DNA from: Octopus sinensis
Taxonomy: Eukaryota
NCBI RefSeq assembly: GCF_006345805.1
Contig: NC_043018.1
Location: 16,368,001 to 16,432,000 of the forward strand
Direction of reading: 5' to 3'
Length of the DNA stretch: 64,000 nt
The first letter of the stretch is position 1, and each line of letters begins with the position of its first letter. The position numbers and the translations under genes were made by a program. This document shows, piece after piece, positions 61,125 to 64,000 of the stretch. A model generated the notes under the pieces. It ran no database searches, was not told where the DNA came from, and was given only the letters and a program-made list of their open reading frames with translations.

Positions 61125-62964
61125 GCCAGTTACAATCCGTTACAATCTAGCCAGTTACAATCCGTTACAATCTAGCCAGTTACAATCCGTTACAATCTAG
61201 CCAGTTACAATCCGTTACAATCTAGCCAGTTACAATCCGTTACAATCTAGCCAGTTACAGTCCGTTACAATCTAGCCAGTTACAATCCATTACAATCTAG
61301 CCAGTTACACTCCGTTACAATCTAGCCAGTTACAGTCCGTTACAATCTAGCCAGTTATACTCCGTTACAATCTAGCCAGTTACAATCCGTTACAATCTAG
61401 CCAGTTACAATCCGTTACAATCTAGCCAGTTACAATCCATTACAATCTAGCCAGTTACATTCCGTTACAATCTAGCCAGTTACAGTCCGTTACAATCTAG
61501 CCAGTTACAATCCATTAAAATCTAGCCAGTTACAGTCCGTTACAATCTAGCCAGTTACAATCCGTTACAATCTAGCCAGTTACAATCCGTTACAATCTAG
61601 CCAGTTACAGTCCGTTACAATCTAGCCAGTTACAATCCGTTACAATCTAGCCAGTTACAATCCGTTACAAACTAGCCAGTTACAATCCGTTACAATCTAG
61701 CGAGTTATAATCTGTTACAATCTAGCCAGTTACAATCCGTTACAATCTAGCCAGTTACAGTCCGTTACAATCTAGCCAGTTACAGTCCGTTACAATCTAG
61801 CCAGTTACAATCCGTTACAATCTAGCCAGGTACACTCCGTTACAATCTAGCCAGTTACAGTCCGTTACAATCTAGCCAGTTACAGTCCGTTACAATCTAG
61901 CCAGTTACAATCCGTTACAATTTAGCCAGTTACACTCCGTTACAATCTAGCCAGTTACAGTCCGTTACAATCTAGCCAGTTACATTCCGTTACAATCTAG
62001 CCAGTTACAGTCCGTTTCAATCTAGCCAGTTACAATCCGTTACAATCTAGCCAGTTACAATCCGTTACAATCTAGCCAGTTACAATCCATTACAATCTAG
62101 CCAGTTACATTCCGTTACAATCTAGCCAGTTACAGTCCGTTACAATCTAGCCAGTTACAATCCGTTACAATCTAGCCAGTTACAATCCGTTACAATCTAG
62201 CCAGTTACAGTCTGTAACAATCTAGCCAGTTACAATCCATTACAATCTAGCCAGTTACACTCCATTAAAATCTAGCCAGTTACAGTCCGTTACAATCTAG
62301 CCAGTTACAATCCGTTACAATCTAGCCAGTTACAATCCGTTACAATCTAGCCAGTTACAGTCCGTTACAATCTAGCCAGTTACAATCCGTTACAATCTAG
62401 CCAGTTACAATCCGTTACAATCTAGCCAGTTACAGTCCGTTACAATCTAGCCAGTTACAATCCGTTACAATCTAGCCAGTTACACTCCGTTACAATCTAG
62501 CCAGTTACAATCTGTTACAATCTAGCCAGTTATAATCTGTTACAATCTAGCCAGTTACAATCCGTTACAATCTAGCCAGTTACAGTCCGTTACAATCTAG
62601 CCAGTTACAGTCCGTTACAATCTAGCCAGTTACAATCCGTTACAATCTAGCCAGTTACACTCCGTTACAATCTAGCCAGTTACAGTCCGTTACAATCTAA
62701 CCAGTTACAGTCCGTTACAATCTAGCCAGTTACAATCCGTTACAATCTAGCCAGTTACACTCCGTTACAATCTAGCCAGTTACAGTCCGTTACAATCTAG
62801 CCAGTTACATTCCGTTACAATCTAGCCAGTTACAGTCCGTTTCAATCTAGCCAGTTACAATCCGTTACAATCTAGCCAGTTACAATCCGTTACAATCTAG
62901 CCAGTTACAGTCAGTTACAATCTAGCCAGTTACAATCCGTTACAATCTGGTCAGTTACAGTCCA
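61125..62964. repeat. 25-bp minisatellite, about 73 copies
   Basis: Unit gccagttaca(a/g/c/t)tccgttacaatcta; highly homogeneous. Confidence 0.99.
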
Positions 62965-63329
62965 TTTTTGTTTCATTTTCTCCGTTTTGTGCGTTTCTGC
63001 ACCCGTAGATTTCTACTAAGGCAACACATAGGTGATGAAGGCAAATGAAGCCCTCACCAGAAAACTCGTTGTACTAAAAATGACATCCAAAGGTCTGATG
63101 CACAGAAATATGTTATTAAGACTACTTATCTGTGGCATACTAATTTTCTTCACTTTAAGTGATTTCCCAGGTAAACGTTTCTAATAGAAAGACAGAAGAC
63201 CGAAACAGAAATAAGGAATATGTAAGCACAGTTAAATATAGAAGTGTAAAGTATAATTTGTTACATAATCTCTATAATAAACATGATGCTGAATGGAATA
63301 AGTCCCCGTTAGAACTTTTTAATTACATA

Positions 63330-63394
63330 TGTGTGAGAGTGTGTGTGTGTGTGCGTGTGTGTGCGTGTGCGTGTGCGTGTGCGTGTGCGTGTGC

Positions 63395-63445
<51 letters not shown>
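63330..63445. repeat. (TG)n/(TGCG)n microsatellite
   Basis: Directly visible. Confidence 0.95.
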
Positions 63446-63896
63446 TGATGGAAATCTACGGACGCACAAACGCACAAATCAGAGAAAATGAAACAAATAT
63501 GGATGACTTGTTCCGAAATACCCCCGAGTGGGGAACAGTTCTCAAAAATAACCCCCAATTGTTTACTCCCCCCCCCCAAAAAAAATCCTATGTCTCCTGT
63601 GTCAGGGTACTACAGAAGCACGTGCTTTGCTAAAACTAGAAGTCAAAATACCTATGTGATACAGAAGAAGCACACAATTAATGCAGGCACAATTTGCCTA
63701 TACAGCTGTACGCTTGCGGCCACCAACGATATTATCGTTTGGAATAGTATCGTTCTTAAGTAATTTCACTGAATTCGTTTGTTTCAATGGTGCTCGACCA
63801 CTCAAAGGAATTTACAGGCATGGTAGGGGCAAGGCCTTTCATTGCTTATAATCTATACCTGTTTTTTGGGGGTGGGGTTAGACAAACGTGTATTTG

Positions 63897-64000
63897 GGGG
63901 AGCACTCCGTTGGTTACGACGACGAGGGTTCCGGTTGATCCGATCAACGGAACAGCCTGCTCGTGAAATTAACGTGTAAGTGGCTGAGCACTCCACAGAC
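63897..64000 (-). mobile_element. SINE family A 3' end (runs off the window)
   Basis: agcactccgttggttacgacgacgagggttccggttgatccgatc. Confidence 0.95.

Noticed and set aside
61125-62964. CRISPR-like regular array
   Set aside because: Units are contiguous with no unique spacers, there are no cas genes, and the context is eukaryotic.

Overview
AT-rich, repeat-saturated eukaryotic DNA, most likely an octopus genome (inferred from the tRNA-derived SINE families and the microsatellite load; not verified by a search). No intact protein-coding gene is supported, and the long ORFs in the track are read-throughs of tandem repeats or SINEs. Contents: about 50 copies or fragments of several modular tRNA-derived SINE families (my labels A, A2, B, C, D, G), decayed mariner and Merlin/ISXO2-like transposase remnants, hAT and mariner MITEs, a non-autonomous Helitron, the 3' end of a CR1-clade LINE, 25-bp, 50-bp, 67-bp and 184-bp tandem arrays, and a 2.9-kb (GAT)n tract. 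The main result of reading the DNA directly is that about a dozen type I hammerhead-ribozyme motifs lie on both strands, from at least six unrelated sequence families. Most have the short palindromic helix III described for Penelope-like element hammerheads, and several sit in inverted-repeat (foldback) elements. A second result is that SINE family B forms head-skipping multimers at one recurrent junction, including a 9-unit satellite. All folds were paired by eye and no activity has been tested.
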